DNA of 63,774 nt, filler included, from Deltaproteobacteria bacterium (GCA_016218805.1; 4 parts of 4 records of this genome joined end to end with filler, not necessarily neighbours in it), one strand, 5' to 3'. Positions 47,941 to 58,750 are shown, numbered from the whole stretch's first letter. The notes: generated from the sequence alone by a model not told the origin. Made by a program: numbers and translations.

Positions 47941-49221
47941 ATGAGCAGCAAGCACAACTTCTTCACCATCATCCCGCACAACACGCAGTTTGACTTTGTC
48001 GGGAACGCGAAGAACTTCCTCGTCATGTCCGGGATCATCCTCACGCTGTCACTGGTGGGGGTGGCGGTCCGGGGTATCAACTGGGGCGTGGAGTTCGTGG
48101 GCGGCACGGAAATCCAGGTTGCCTTTGGGCAACACGCGGACGTGGCCGCCATCCGCGCCACCATGGAAGGCGCGGGCTTTGAGAACACCACCGTGCAGCA
48201 GTTTGGCGCGGCGGAGATCAATGAGCACCTCATCCGCGTGGAGCGCATCAGCGTGCTCACGCCGGAAGCCGTGGCGCGGGTCAAGGCGGAGGTGCAGAAG
48301 GCCGCCGGGGACCAGCTGCTGGAGGTCACCTCCAGCGAGCGCGAGGGCGACCGCATCACCGTGTTCCTCAAGGGCACGCCCATGCCCAAGGAGGAGGCCA
48401 CGCCCCCGCCCGCCGAGAGCAGCCCGCCGCCGGCCGCGCCCGGCAACCCGGAGCAGGTGGCCCTGACCGACAAGATGCTGGAACCCAATGGCGTGAAGCT
48501 GGAGGCGGCGGTGAAGGCGGCGGGCCTGGAACTGCGCCCCTCTGACGCGCGCCGCAGCGTGCTGGGCACCGGCCGTGAGGAGCACCTCATCTTCGTCAAG
48601 GGCGTGTCCTCGCGCGTCATGGAGGCCCTCAAGGCCAAGTTTGGTGAAGGCACCATTGAGCGGCGCACGGACTACGTGGACGCCACCGTGGCGGACGAGC
48701 TGCGCACCGACGGCATCCTGGCGATGATGTACGCGCTGGCGGTCATCCTGCTGTACATCGCCATCCGGTTTGACTTCTATTTCTCGCCCGGCGCCATTGT
48801 GGCCCTGTTCCATGACGTGCTTGTGGCCGTGGGCGTGGTGGCCTGGGTGCACCTGGACTTTGACCTCACGCTGGTGGCGGCGTTCCTGACCATCATCGGC
48901 TACTCCATCAATGACACCATTGTCGTCTATGACCGTGTGCGGGAACGGCTGAACCACCGGGAGAAGGGCGAGTCGCTGGGGGACACCATCAACCGGTCCA
49001 TCAACGAGACGCTGTCCCGCACCATCCTGACCTCCGCCACCACGTTCTTCGTGTGTGCGTCGCTGCTGGCGTTCGGCGGCCGCGTGCTGCACGGGTTTGG
49101 ATTGGCCATGTGCGTGGGCATCATCACGGGTACGTACTCGTCCTTTGCCATTGCCACGCCCATGTACATGTGGCTGCGCAACAAGTTCCCGGAAGGCCTG
49201 GCGGCGCCGGGCAAGGCCTGA
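47941..49221 (+). CDS. secF: Protein translocase subunit SecF
   Basis: GVEFVGG, ALFHDV, GYSINDTIVVYDRVRE, GTYSS. Confidence 0.97.
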   Translation: MSSKHNFFTIIPHNTQFDFVGNAKNFLVMSGIILTLSLVGVAVRGINWGVEFVGGTEIQVAFGQHADVAAIRATMEGAGFENTTVQQFGAAEINEHLIRVERISVLTPEAVARVKAEVQKAAGDQLLEVTSSEREGDRITVFLKGTPMPKEEATPPPAESSPPPAAPGNPEQVALTDKMLEPNGVKLEAAVKAAGLELRPSDARRSVLGTGREEHLIFVKGVSSRVMEALKAKFGEGTIERRTDYVDATVADELRTDGILAMMYALAVILLYIAIRFDFYFSPGAIVALFHDVLVAVGVVAWVHLDFDLTLVAAFLTIIGYSINDTIVVYDRVRERLNHREKGESLGDTINRSINETLSRTILTSATTFFVCASLLAFGGRVLHGFGLAMCVGIITGTYSSFAIATPMYMWLRNKFPEGLAAPGKA

Positions 49222-49272
49222 GCTGCGGGCCCTCGCGCGTGCCACGCAGCGCACGGACCTCCGTCAACGGCC

Positions 49273-49881
49273 TCACTTCCCCGCGCGCTTCTTGAGTTCC
49301 GCCAGCCGGTCCTCCACGGCGGAACGCGCCTCCAGGTGGTCAAAGTCCCGTTCCACCGCTTCGCGCGTGCGCTCACCCGGCGGTGACGGCGGCGGCGGGC
49401 GCTCCCCCACCTGCGGGCGGGGCCGGTCGGCGCGCGCGCGGCGCAGCTCCGCCAGGCGCTCCCGCACCTCGCGCTGCCGCGCGGTGGCCTCTGCGGCCAG
49501 GCGCTCCAGCGCGCCCACCGCCTCGCGCACCTGTGCCGCGGTGGTCTCTGACCGCCCCGCCTCCGCCTCCAGCACGCCCGCGTGGTGCAGCGCCTTGTCC
49601 CGCGCGGTGCGCTGCCGTGCCGCCTCCTCCGGCAGTCCGTCCGCCTCCGCCTCGTCGGCGCGCTGCCCCAGCACCCGCGCCTCTTCGCGGCGCAGCTCAT
49701 GGAGCTCGCGCGCGTGGGTCGCCTCGCGCGTGGCGGCGTCGGCCTGCAGCCGCGCCGCGGTCAACTCGCGCTCCATCTCCGTGAGGGCCTGCGCCAGCAG
49801 CGCGTCCGGGTCCTCGTGGCTGCCCACCAGGTCCGCCACGGAGCGGCCCAGCAGGTCCCGCAGCCCGTCCAGGACACCCAT
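49273..49881 (-). CDS. PspA/IM30-family coiled-coil protein
   Basis: MGVLDGLRDLL..EDP.ALL.Q...EME; C-terminal VEDRLAELK. Confidence 0.8.
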   Translation of the reverse strand: MGVLDGLRDLLGRSVADLVGSHEDPDALLAQALTEMERELTAARLQADAATREATHARELHELRREEARVLGQRADEAEADGLPEEAARQRTARDKALHHAGVLEAEAGRSETTAAQVREAVGALERLAAEATARQREVRERLAELRRARADRPRPQVGERPPPPSPPGERTREAVERDFDHLEARSAVEDRLAELKKRAGK

Positions 49882-49884
49882 GGT

Positions 49885-50799
49885 TCAACCCGCTACGCGG
49901 TTGCGCCCCAGCCGCTTGCTGACGGCCACGTTGTCCGTGGCCACCTTCATGAACACGTCCGGCGGCGGCAACTCCGCCCCGCCGGACCCCGCGGAGATGC
50001 CCATGGAGATGCTGGTCTTCAGCGGCGTCCCCTCAAACGTGAAGGTGTGCGTCTCAATGATCCGCCGCACCTTCTCGGCAAACTGCCGCGCGTGCGGCCC
50101 GTCCGTCTCCGGCAGCAGGAACGCAAACACGTCCCCGTCAAACTCGTCGCCGTTGAGGCGCGCAAGCACGTCTTCGCGGCGGATGTTCTTGCGGACCAGC
50201 CCCGCCATCTGCGCCAGCACGCTGTCCCCCGCCAGGTGCCCGTAGTCGTGGTTGAGCTTCCCAAACTCGTCAATGTCAAACAGCACCAGGGACAGCGGCC
50301 GGCTGTAGCGCGTGGAGCGGCTGAGCTCGCGGGCCAGTTGTTCGTACAGGTAGCGGCGGTTGAAGGTCTGCGTGAGGCCGTCCACCGTCGTCAGGCGGTA
50401 GATCTCCTCGTGGTAGCTGGCCTCAATGTTGGTGCCGGACAGGTACTTGAAGATGGTCCGGCCGATCTTGACCAGGTCCCCGTCGCGCAGCGCGCGCTCC
50501 TGCACCAGCTCGTCATTGACGTAGCTGCCGTTGGTGCTGCCCAGGTCCTTGACGGTCACCTCGCGCAATGAACTGCGGATGACGGCGTGCTGCCGGCTGA
50601 CGCTGTCCTGGTCCAACAGGATTTCGCACGACGCCGCGCGGCCCACGGTCACCTCAGGGCGGTCCAGCAGAAAGCGGCGTCCCAGGTCCTGCCCGTAGAT
50701 GACCACAAGGCACGACGCGGGCAGCGCCTGCCGCTCGGCGATCTTGCTTATCACCGTGATGACGGTCTTCTGTTTGCGGCCAAAGCGGACTTCGTTCAC
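49885..50799 (-). CDS. FHA-GGDEF protein with degenerate A-site
   Basis: VGR..VSRQHA..STNGSY (FHA); DGLT; RRED I-site; A-site NGDEFDGDVF. Confidence 0.85.
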   Translation of the reverse strand: MNEVRFGRKQKTVITVISKIAERQALPASCLVVIYGQDLGRRFLLDRPEVTVGRAASCEILLDQDSVSRQHAVIRSSLREVTVKDLGSTNGSYVNDELVQERALRDGDLVKIGRTIFKYLSGTNIEASYHEEIYRLTTVDGLTQTFNRRYLYEQLARELSRSTRYSRPLSLVLFDIDEFGKLNHDYGHLAGDSVLAQMAGLVRKNIRREDVLARLNGDEFDGDVFAFLLPETDGPHARQFAEKVRRIIETHTFTFEGTPLKTSISMGISAGSGGAELPPPDVFMKVATDNVAVSKRLGRNRVAG

Positions 50800-50866
50800 C
50801 GGCAGAAACCTCGACTCCCGCCCGAGTCCCCTTCACTGGGTGATCACCCATTCCATGCCTGAAAAT

Positions 50867-51598
50867 TCAGATCCCCACCAGCAGCCGCGCGCCGAAGTTG
50901 TAGGCCAGGCCCGCGTCGATGATCTTCTGCTTGGCGCTCTCAATGTCGTATTCCACGCGCTTGTAGCGGAACTGCCAGGTGTCCGTGTCCAGGATGGTGC
51001 AGCATGAGCGGTTGTCGTAGTCGCGCGGCTGACCCACGCTGCCCACGGTGATGATGTACTTGTAGTCCTGCTGCAACTCAAACTCGGACGCCACGACGTC
51101 GTAGACCTCATTGGGGGTCAGCGCAAAGCAGCGCGTCAGGTGGCTGTGCCCAATGAAGGTGACCCACGCCATGCGGTCCCAGGACGGGAGCAGTTCGCGC
51201 GCCTTCTCACGGGTGAAGATGTACTCAAACTCCTGCGGCACCGCGGGGCTGCCGTGGCAGAACTCCAGGTCGCCTTCGCGGTGCGTGTAGGGCAGCCCCT
51301 TGAGGAAGGCCAGGTTCTCCGGCGTCATGCGGCGCGCGCACCAGTCCAGCGCGTGCCGAGCAGCGTCGTAATAGTACGAATAGTCCATGCGCCCGCTCAC
51401 CGCGGCGTCATGGTTCCCCAGCAGCACCACGTCCGCCATGTCACGGACGATGTTGCAGATCTCGTTGGGATTGGCGCCGTAGCCCACCATGTCGCCCAGG
51501 CACACGAACCGATCGATCTGCTCTTCCTCGTAGCCCTTCCGGACGGCCGTCATGGCCTCGAGGTTCCCGTGGACGTCCGAAAAAATGCCGTAGCGCAT
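50867..51598 (-). CDS. Metallophosphoesterase (calcineurin-like)
   Basis: SDVHGN, LGDMVGYG, GNHD, HGSP, GHSH, GSVGQPRD. Confidence 0.93.
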   Translation of the reverse strand: MRYGIFSDVHGNLEAMTAVRKGYEEEQIDRFVCLGDMVGYGANPNEICNIVRDMADVVLLGNHDAAVSGRMDYSYYYDAARHALDWCARRMTPENLAFLKGLPYTHREGDLEFCHGSPAVPQEFEYIFTREKARELLPSWDRMAWVTFIGHSHLTRCFALTPNEVYDVVASEFELQQDYKYIITVGSVGQPRDYDNRSCCTILDTDTWQFRYKRVEYDIESAKQKIIDAGLAYNFGARLLVGI

Positions 51599-51601
51599 GC
51601 G

Positions 51602-53740
51602 TCATTCCCCGGACACCGGGCGCCGACGGTGCGTCCGCCGGAAAGCCCACCACATCACCGCAGCCGCCCCCAGCACAAGGGCACCCTGGGGCGGCGCCGC
51701 CGAGGACGAACGCCCGCACCCGCAGCCGCGCTTGGGCACGGTCACCGGGCCCACGTAGGCGCTGCGGTTGGGCCCGGCGCCTTCCAGCACGGCGTACAGC
51801 CAGTAGTCGCCCGGGGCCACCGTGGCCACGTCCCAGGTCACTTCCACCGTGCCCAGCCGCGGGCGCAGCCCGCCGGCAATGGCGGTCCCATCCAGTCCGG
51901 AACTGTCCGTGTCATAGTGAACGGACACCAGCCCGTCCGGGGACGCCACGCTGAGCTTGATGGTGAGCAGTTCCGTGGCGGTGGTGCCGCCGCCCGGCTC
52001 CAGGAAGGACAACGCGTTGTCACCGGCGCCGCCCACCTCCACGCGGCCGGGCGCGGGCTGGCTGACCACGTGCCCGTGCCCGTCATCCGCCACCACCAGC
52101 AGGCGGTAGACCCCCGGCGTGACGCCGGTGGTGTCCCAGCTGGCGGGACCGGTGGCGCCCAGCCCGGAGAGGACTTCTTCGCCCGCCAGGTCCGTCCCGC
52201 TGGCCACCGCCTTGAGCACGCTGACGGTGACCACGTCCCCATCCGGGTCCACGGCGGACCAGTCCACGGTGACGGGGCTCTGGCTGCTGTCCGCCGCGGG
52301 CAGGGTCACCTGCAGGGTGGGCGGGCTGTTGGGGCCGGGGGACGCATCCAGCGGAATCAGCAGACCGCCTGCGTCACGTGGCGCGCCCGCATCCTGGTTC
52401 CCGCTGCTGCTGCCGCCGCTGCTGCTGCCCGCATCCGCCACGGGGAGGCAGGCCGGGGCCGGCACGCCCGCGTCCGGCAGGCCGGCGCAATCCTGGTTGG
52501 GTGCGCCCGGCGTTCCATGGTCGGGGACGGGACCGGCCCCATAGTCCTTGCTGGCGTAGATGCACGTGGCTGCGGCCCAGTTGGCCGCGCTGTTGTTCCC
52601 CAGGGAGATGTTCACCACCGCCAGCGCGTGTCCGGGTGCCGCCGCCGGAAACCCGCCGCCCACGTACTGCACGCGGTCCACCACGGTGTTGGTCCCGTCC
52701 AGCAGTTCCACGTACGCCCCCGACGAGTTCAGCAGCGTGATGGCGTCATCCCACGCCAGCGCGGAGACGTCACAGCCCAGCATGCCGCCCAGGTTGGCCG
52801 TCTCCGTGATGAGCAGGTAGCCGCCGGCGGTGACCACGGCGCCCGCAGGGATGGGGAACACGCGCGTCAGCTCGGTGCGCAGCTTGTAACCCGTGAGCGC
52901 CACGTCGGCGCTGGTGGGGTTGTACAGCTCCAGCCATTCCAGGTTGTTGTCTGCCGACGGCGTGGGATCAAAAAAGATCTCCGAGATGAACACGCCCGGG
53001 TCGGTGACCACCGCGGCATCCGTGGCGCCCGCGTCGAGCGTGGCGCCGCCGTCGGCCCCGGCGTCCACCGGCGGGCCGGCATCCGGGACCGGCAGGCAGA
53101 TGGGGTTGGGGCCGGTGGTGTCACCGCAGGCGGTGTCCACGCCGTTGGGCGTGCCGTACTCGGTGGCGGGCGCGGTGGCATAGATGCAGTCGCTGCTGCG
53201 CCAGTTGGCCGCCACGTCATTGCCCGTGCCCACGTCCGTCACCGTGGCGGCGCGGCCTTCCACGGCGGGGTAGCCCGCGGCGGTGTACGGGACGCTGTCC
53301 ACCACGGCGTTGGCGCCGTCCAACAGCTCCACCACGGGCGAACTGCTGTTGTAGAACGTGAGCGCGCTGCCATACGCCACCGACGCCACCGCACAACTGG
53401 TCTGCCCGTTGATGCGCGCGTCCTTGGCCAGCACCAGGTAACCCGCGGGCGGCAGCGACGTGCCCGCGGGGAGCGGGAATTCCGAGCTGGACAGGGTGCC
53501 TGCCGTCTGGCGCACGCGCACCTTGTGGCCGGTGAGGTCCACCGCGGCGGTGTCCGGGTTGTACAGTTCCACCCACTCGTAGCCGGTGTCCGCGGAGGAC
53601 GTGTTGGCGGGGTTCCACATGATCTCCGTAAAGAACGGCGCGGCCGCCGCGGGCGCCGCGGAGCCCAGCACGCTGACGAGCACGCCCAGCGCAACCCTCG
53701 CATCCGTCGCTCGCCCCAACGTGAGCTCGCGCAAGGCCAC
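51602..53740 (-). CDS. Lamin-tail-domain (x2) surface protein with MYXO-CTERM
   Basis: TEIMWNP..EWVELYN and SEIFFDP..EWLELYN, GTP; C-terminal GCGC + TM + RR cluster. Confidence 0.85.
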   Translation of the reverse strand: MALRELTLGRATDARVALGVLVSVLGSAAPAAAAPFFTEIMWNPANTSSADTGYEWVELYNPDTAAVDLTGHKVRVRQTAGTLSSSEFPLPAGTSLPPAGYLVLAKDARINGQTSCAVASVAYGSALTFYNSSSPVVELLDGANAVVDSVPYTAAGYPAVEGRAATVTDVGTGNDVAANWRSSDCIYATAPATEYGTPNGVDTACGDTTGPNPICLPVPDAGPPVDAGADGGATLDAGATDAAVVTDPGVFISEIFFDPTPSADNNLEWLELYNPTSADVALTGYKLRTELTRVFPIPAGAVVTAGGYLLITETANLGGMLGCDVSALAWDDAITLLNSSGAYVELLDGTNTVVDRVQYVGGGFPAAAPGHALAVVNISLGNNSAANWAAATCIYASKDYGAGPVPDHGTPGAPNQDCAGLPDAGVPAPACLPVADAGSSSGGSSSGNQDAGAPRDAGGLLIPLDASPGPNSPPTLQVTLPAADSSQSPVTVDWSAVDPDGDVVTVSVLKAVASGTDLAGEEVLSGLGATGPASWDTTGVTPGVYRLLVVADDGHGHVVSQPAPGRVEVGGAGDNALSFLEPGGGTTATELLTIKLSVASPDGLVSVHYDTDSSGLDGTAIAGGLRPRLGTVEVTWDVATVAPGDYWLYAVLEGAGPNRSAYVGPVTVPKRGCGCGRSSSAAPPQGALVLGAAAVMWWAFRRTHRRRPVSGE

Positions 53741-53866
53741 CGCCTTCCCTTCTCGGAGCCCGGGAGGCATCCCAGGCATCCCCACAAGCTAGGCCAACTC
53801 GCCGGAACCCCTCAAGGAGACGACCGGTTGGCACACGCCGGGTTGAGCCGCCACCCCCGCCCCGCT

Positions 53867-55105
53867 ATGAGCCCGCCCCCCATGGGCGCCGCCCCTCCGT
53901 CCCCACAGCGCTGGCTGCTCTGGCAGCGGAACACCATCCTGGTGGGGCTGTGGGTGGCGTTCCTGGGCGCGCTGGCCGCGGTCCATGAGGTGCTGCTGCC
54001 CTTTGGCGTGGCGCTGTTGCTGGCATACGTGCTGCACCCGGCGGTGACGTCGTTGTCCAACCTGACCATCCGCAACCGGCGCGCGCCGCGCTGGGTGGCC
54101 ACGCTGCTGTTGTTCGCGGTGATGGGCCTGGGCATGTGGGGACTGGCGGCGGTGTTCGTTCCGCAGGTGAGCGGTGAGATGGCCGGGATGGCGCGGGAGA
54201 CCCGCGCGTCCCTCACGGAGCTGGACCGCTACGTGCGCGAAGCCCCCGGCCAGCTCAACCGCGTGGCAGAGGAGTGGGACGTGCCGGTGGTGTTTGTGTG
54301 GCCCCCTGACAAGGAGCCCGCCAAGCGCCCGGTGACGGCGGGTCCCAATGACCTGGTGGTGGACCTGCGCGCCGAGGTGGAATCCCTGGTGCACCGCCTG
54401 CAATCCGCGCTGGTGGACGTGGCGGGGGGGCTGGCGGCGCGCGCGCAGGGGCTGGTGGGCGGGGTCATTGGGTTTGTGTTCCGGCTGTTCCTGGTGCTGA
54501 TGCTGACCGCGTTCATGCTGTCTGACGTCAACGCGCTGCGGAAGACCGCGCTGGCCATGGTGCCCGCCGAAAAGCGCGAGAGCATGGACCGCCTGTTGGA
54601 CAAGCTGGACGACGGGTTGTCCGGCGTGGTGCGCGGTCAGATCACCATCTGTCTCATCAACGGTGTGCTCACGCTGCTGGGGATGGTGATCCTCAAGGTC
54701 AAGTTCGGCTTCCTGCTGTCGCTGGTGGCCGGGTGCATGAGCCTGATTCCCATCTTCGGGTCCATCGCCTCCAGCGTGCCCATCGTCGCGGTGGCGTTGT
54801 CGGACAGCCTGGAGAAGGGCCTGCTGGCGCTGGCGTGGATTGTCGGGATCCACCTGCTGGAGGCCAACCTGCTCAATCCCAAGATCATGGGCAGCGCGGC
54901 GCACATCCACCCGCTGCTGGTGGTGCTCTCCCTCATCACGGGCGAGCATTTCTACGGTTTCACCGGCGCGTTGTTCGCGGTGCCGTGCCTGAGCGTGGGA
55001 CTGACGATGTTCAAGTTCCTGCACGCCCGCGCCATGAAGCTGCAGGGCGAACTGGGTCTGGACCCTGAGACGAAGGCGGCCGGGCCCCCCCCTGCCGCTC
55101 CCTAG
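53867..55105 (+). CDS. AI-2E (PerM) family transporter
   Basis: LLPF..ALLLAYVLHP; VRGQ; IPIFG; LEANLLNPKIMG..IHP. Confidence 0.92.
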   Translation: MSPPPMGAAPPSPQRWLLWQRNTILVGLWVAFLGALAAVHEVLLPFGVALLLAYVLHPAVTSLSNLTIRNRRAPRWVATLLLFAVMGLGMWGLAAVFVPQVSGEMAGMARETRASLTELDRYVREAPGQLNRVAEEWDVPVVFVWPPDKEPAKRPVTAGPNDLVVDLRAEVESLVHRLQSALVDVAGGLAARAQGLVGGVIGFVFRLFLVLMLTAFMLSDVNALRKTALAMVPAEKRESMDRLLDKLDDGLSGVVRGQITICLINGVLTLLGMVILKVKFGFLLSLVAGCMSLIPIFGSIASSVPIVAVALSDSLEKGLLALAWIVGIHLLEANLLNPKIMGSAAHIHPLLVVLSLITGEHFYGFTGALFAVPCLSVGLTMFKFLHARAMKLQGELGLDPETKAAGPPPAAP

Positions 55106-56133
55106 ATCACGTCAGGCAGTTCCTGCTGGGTGAACACGCAGTCCGCGGCGTTGCCTTCCGTGGGGCGGATGGCGTCCTTGAGACCCTGCGGCAGGTCGGT
55201 GGGCTCGGTGGTCTGGTAGGAGACGTTGAACATCTCGTCCCAGCACTCGGTGGCAATGACGGCGTTGCCGCTGATGCTGTTGGCGGCCAGGTCGCCGGGG
55301 ACCTCGCCCTCACCAATGCTGACGTCTGAACGGCCGGCGCCGTTGGCCATCCAGCGCGACCGGATGGCCATCTTCTCCAGCAGCGGCTTGTTCTCGGCGG
55401 CCTTGTGCACGTTGCCGTGCGCGGAGAACTGGAAGTTGCCGGCGCCATCGGCGGCCTCGGTGTAGTCATAGTGCGCGGGCTGGCGGGTGACGGTGTCACC
55501 GTCACAGGCGTTGCGGAAGTCCACAAAGTCCACGCTCACCGTGCGCGGGTTGACGTCCGCCGCAAACGCAACCACCGCGCGGCCTTCCAGCACGTCCCGG
55601 TTGGCGTTGCCGCAGGACTTCTGCTCCAGCGCCTGGCTGTTGTCGAAGTACAGGTTCAGACTGCCGTGGCCGCGCGCGGGGTCGTCGGCGCCGCGGAAGA
55701 CTTCGCCGTCATAGACGGCCTTGTAGTCCGCTTCAGAGGTGCTGTTCTTGGGGCGGCCCAGCAGCTGGAAGGTCCAGTGACCGTCCGCCACCTTGGTGGC
55801 CTCAAACTTCCACTGGATGCGGTCCAACCCGCTGGGCTGGGACGGCCCCCACGTGTACTGGTCACCGTCAACCTTGGACGGCCGCTGCAGCGAGATGGCG
55901 CGCGTCAGACCCAGCACCCAGGTCACCCCGCCGTTGATGCCACGGCTGATGTTGTAGGTGGTTTCGTAGAAGTCACTGCGCGCGCCCAGCAGCGGCTGGC
56001 CGCCGGACTGGCCGGGGACGTTGATGGTCACCGCGCCGTCATCCGGGATGATCCCCGTGAAGTCGGCAGCGTTGCCGCCGCAGGCGGAGGCAAGGGCAAG
56101 GGCGGCAAGGACGGACAGGCGGCTGGCAGTCAT
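55102..56133 (-). CDS. Myxobacterial-type lipoprotein of unknown function
   Basis: RBS GGGAGA; lipobox LASAC; YTWGP, SRW..GAGRSD, ECWD motifs. Confidence 0.75.
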   Translation of the reverse strand: MTASRLSVLAALALASACGGNAADFTGIIPDDGAVTINVPGQSGGQPLLGARSDFYETTYNISRGINGGVTWVLGLTRAISLQRPSKVDGDQYTWGPSQPSGLDRIQWKFEATKVADGHWTFQLLGRPKNSTSEADYKAVYDGEVFRGADDPARGHGSLNLYFDNSQALEQKSCGNANRDVLEGRAVVAFAADVNPRTVSVDFVDFRNACDGDTVTRQPAHYDYTEAADGAGNFQFSAHGNVHKAAENKPLLEKMAIRSRWMANGAGRSDVSIGEGEVPGDLAANSISGNAVIATECWDEMFNVSYQTTEPTDLPQGLKDAIRPTEGNAADCVFTQQELPDVI

Positions 56134-56293
56134 GGTCTTCTCCCGTGTGGGGTTTCACGCATTCTGACACCGGCCGGGGAGCGTAGTGGAAAACGCGGCG
56201 CGCAACCCCCCGGGATCACAGGGGAGCGCAGCACGGTGGACCCGACATGTGGGTGCGGGAGGATGCACTCTGAGTGTGGCGCCATGGCGCCCG

Positions 56294-56505
56294 GGGAAGC
56301 CGTCGCCAGCCTTGCGACCCCTTCTCCGTACGCCCCGGGGAGCCCTCGCCAGCCTTGCGACGCCTTCTCCGTACGCCCCGGCAAGCCCTCGCCAGCCTTG
56401 CGACCCCTTCTCCGGACGTCCCGGGAAGCCCTCGCCAGCCTTGCGACCCCTTCTCCGGACGCCCAGGGAAGCCCTCGCAAGCCTTGCGACCCCCTATCCG
56501 CACGT
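56294..56505. repeat. 43-bp tandem repeat, 5 copies (GGGAAGCCCTCGCCAGCCTTGCGACCCCTTCTCCGTACGCCCC)
   Basis: Units start at 56294, 56337, 56380, 56423, 56466; no spacers. Confidence 0.92.
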
Positions 56506-56562
56506 GCGCCGGCCCACTGGGCCGGCTCTATCCACTCCAGCGGCATGAGCGGGCCAAGGGGG

Positions 56563-57676
56563 CTATTCGCTGAACTGGTTGTAGCGGCCCGGGTTCTCCG
56601 CAAAGAAGAAGCAGACCAGGGCGGCCAGCGCGGCGGGGCCCAGCGCCAGCAGGAAGGGGACGGGCAGCACGGCCAGCACGTCCACCAGGACCACCGTGCC
56701 GGAGTCCCGGCTGCCGGGCTTGAACTCAGAGGCGGAGGTGGTGGGCGGGAACTTGAGGAAGTGCTGCGCCAGTGCCACCGGTCCGTTGGGCGGGTTCTGC
56801 AGCATGCTCATGTACGTGGCCACCCAGGCAATGTACGCGCCCACCGCGCCGACGACCGACCCGACGGCGATGGCGCTCCCCAGCGCGCCCCCGGCAATGA
56901 GGACGATGTTCTTGCGGCGGTAGCCGTTGATGAAGTCCTGGTTGGGAACCAGCGTGCCGGTGATGACGGAGGTCTCATTGGGCTTGACGAACACGTCCTG
57001 GCGGTACGCGATGAAGCCCTCCTTCTCCACGCTGACCTTGTGCGGGCCCATGGGCAGCTGCTTGATGCCGAACGGCGTGGTGCCTACCAGCACGTCATCC
57101 AGCTTCACGTCCGCGCCCTTTTCGCTCATCACCAGGCGCAGGATGCCCTGCCGGTTGGCCAGCAGCTTCTGCACCACGCGCTGCGCGGCCACCCGCATGG
57201 CCGGCCCCACGTCGGACGCCTTCTTTTCCTGGCGGATGACGCCGTCCACCGCCGCGGCCGTACGCTGGTCGGTCAGGACCAGGTTGATGGTGTATTCCTC
57301 GCCGCTGCGGGAGATGGTGCCGCTGACAAAGTAGGCCGCTCCGACGGCACCGGCCAATTCCGCCAGGCAGCTCTGGTCATTGCAGCCCAGGCCCTGCTTC
57401 ATCGCTTCGGCCCCCAGCAGGCCGGCCATGGTCTCCGGGTCCATGACGCGGAACACCTGCAGGTCCCGCAGGCCCTGGGCCACCTGCGCCGTGGCGCCCT
57501 GGCCCATGCCGGGGTCCGGCGCATTGATGGGCAGCAGGGCCACGGTCTCCATGCCTTCAGCGGGCGCCGGGGCGGCGGCCGGCGTGGGCGGGGCGGTGGG
57601 AGCGGCGGCAGGGGCCGCGGCAGGCGCAGGGGCCGGTGCAGCCGCCGGTGCGGGCGCGGCGGGTGCCGGCGCGGGC
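56563..57676 (-). CDS. PEGA-domain protein (5' end lost in gap)
   Basis: LGC.DQSCLAELAGA; GADVKLD..VGTTP..GPHKVSVEKEGF; C-terminal TMs; Pro/Ala tract runs into the gap. Confidence 0.8.
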
Positions 57677-57776
57677 NNNNNNNNNNNNNNNNNNNNNNNN
57701 NNNNNNNNNNNNNNNNNNNNTTAATTAATTAANNNNNNNNNNNNNNNNNNNNNNNNNNNNNNNNNNNNNNNNNNNN
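57677..57776. other. Artificial contig spacer
   Basis: N run + TTAATTAATTAA. Confidence 0.98.
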
Positions 57777-58750
57777 CGCCGCAGCCCCGCGCGCGCGCCC
57801 GCCGTCCCGATGGCCACCACCGCGACGGGCTGGCTGGGTGCGCCCAGCAGCTCCCGCAGCCGGCCCGGCGGGTGCACGCGCACGCCGCCCTCGCCGGCCA
57901 GGCGCCCGCCCACCTTGCGCGGGTCCGCGTCCACGTGCCCCAGCACCGCCACGCCTTCGTCAATCAGCGTGCGCCCCGCCGCCTTCCCCTCCAGGCCCGC
58001 ACCCACCACCACCACGCCCCGGCGCCGCAGGTCCATGTGCGCGGCCAGGTGGTGCAGCCGGCAGCGGCGGATGGCGTCCCGCGTGTAGTCCGCGTGCGTG
58101 CGTGACAGCCGGTCGGGGTGCTCCCGCCAGAAGTGCAGCACACCGTGCGGCTTGCCCATGCGCGCGCCGGCCGCGTGCAGGCGCAGCCACAGGTCGTAGT
58201 CCTCCGGCCAGCGCACGTCCTGGTAGCCGCCCACCGCCCCCAGCACCGCGCGCCGCAGCGTCACCGTCGGGTGCGCCAGCGGCGCCTCCACGTAGAGATC
58301 CCGCGCGTGCTCCTCCGGCGTATGCAGGGACGAAATCCACGCGTCGTACGCCGCGCGCTTGGGGCTCACGCGGGACGGCGGGAAGCTCACCACCTCGCAC
58401 CCCACCACGTCCGCGTCCGGGTGGGCGCGCGCGTACCGCAGCTGCTCCCGCAGGCGGTGCGGGTGCATGACGTCATCCGCGTCCATGCGCGCCACCCATT
58501 CGCCGCGGCACGCCGCCAGCCCGTCATTGAGCGCGGCCGCAATCCCGCGGCCCCGCCCGTGCACAATGCGCAGCGGCAGGCGCCCGGACCACGCCAGCAG
58601 CACCGCGCGCGTGGCGTCGGCGCTGCGGTCGTCCACGGCAATCACCTCGTCCGCCGGTACGGACTGCGCCTGCAGCGAGCGCAACGCGGCCGGCAGGTGC
58701 CGCGCGCCGTCACGCACGGGGAGGAGGACGCTGAGGGTGGGGCGGGTCAC
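57777..58750 (-). CDS. Family 2 glycosyltransferase (3' end lost in gap)
   Basis: [33 protein letters not shown]. Confidence 0.92.

Noticed and set aside
51140..53866. N-terminal ~900 aa of the 1321-aa ORF
   Set aside because: Antisense shadow of the LTD and phosphoesterase genes. The real AI-2E gene starts at 53867.
21445..57776. Repeated TTAATTAATTAA motifs within N runs (three sites)
   Set aside because: Standard artificial contig linker. ORFs crossing it and cross-gap gene adjacency are not biological.
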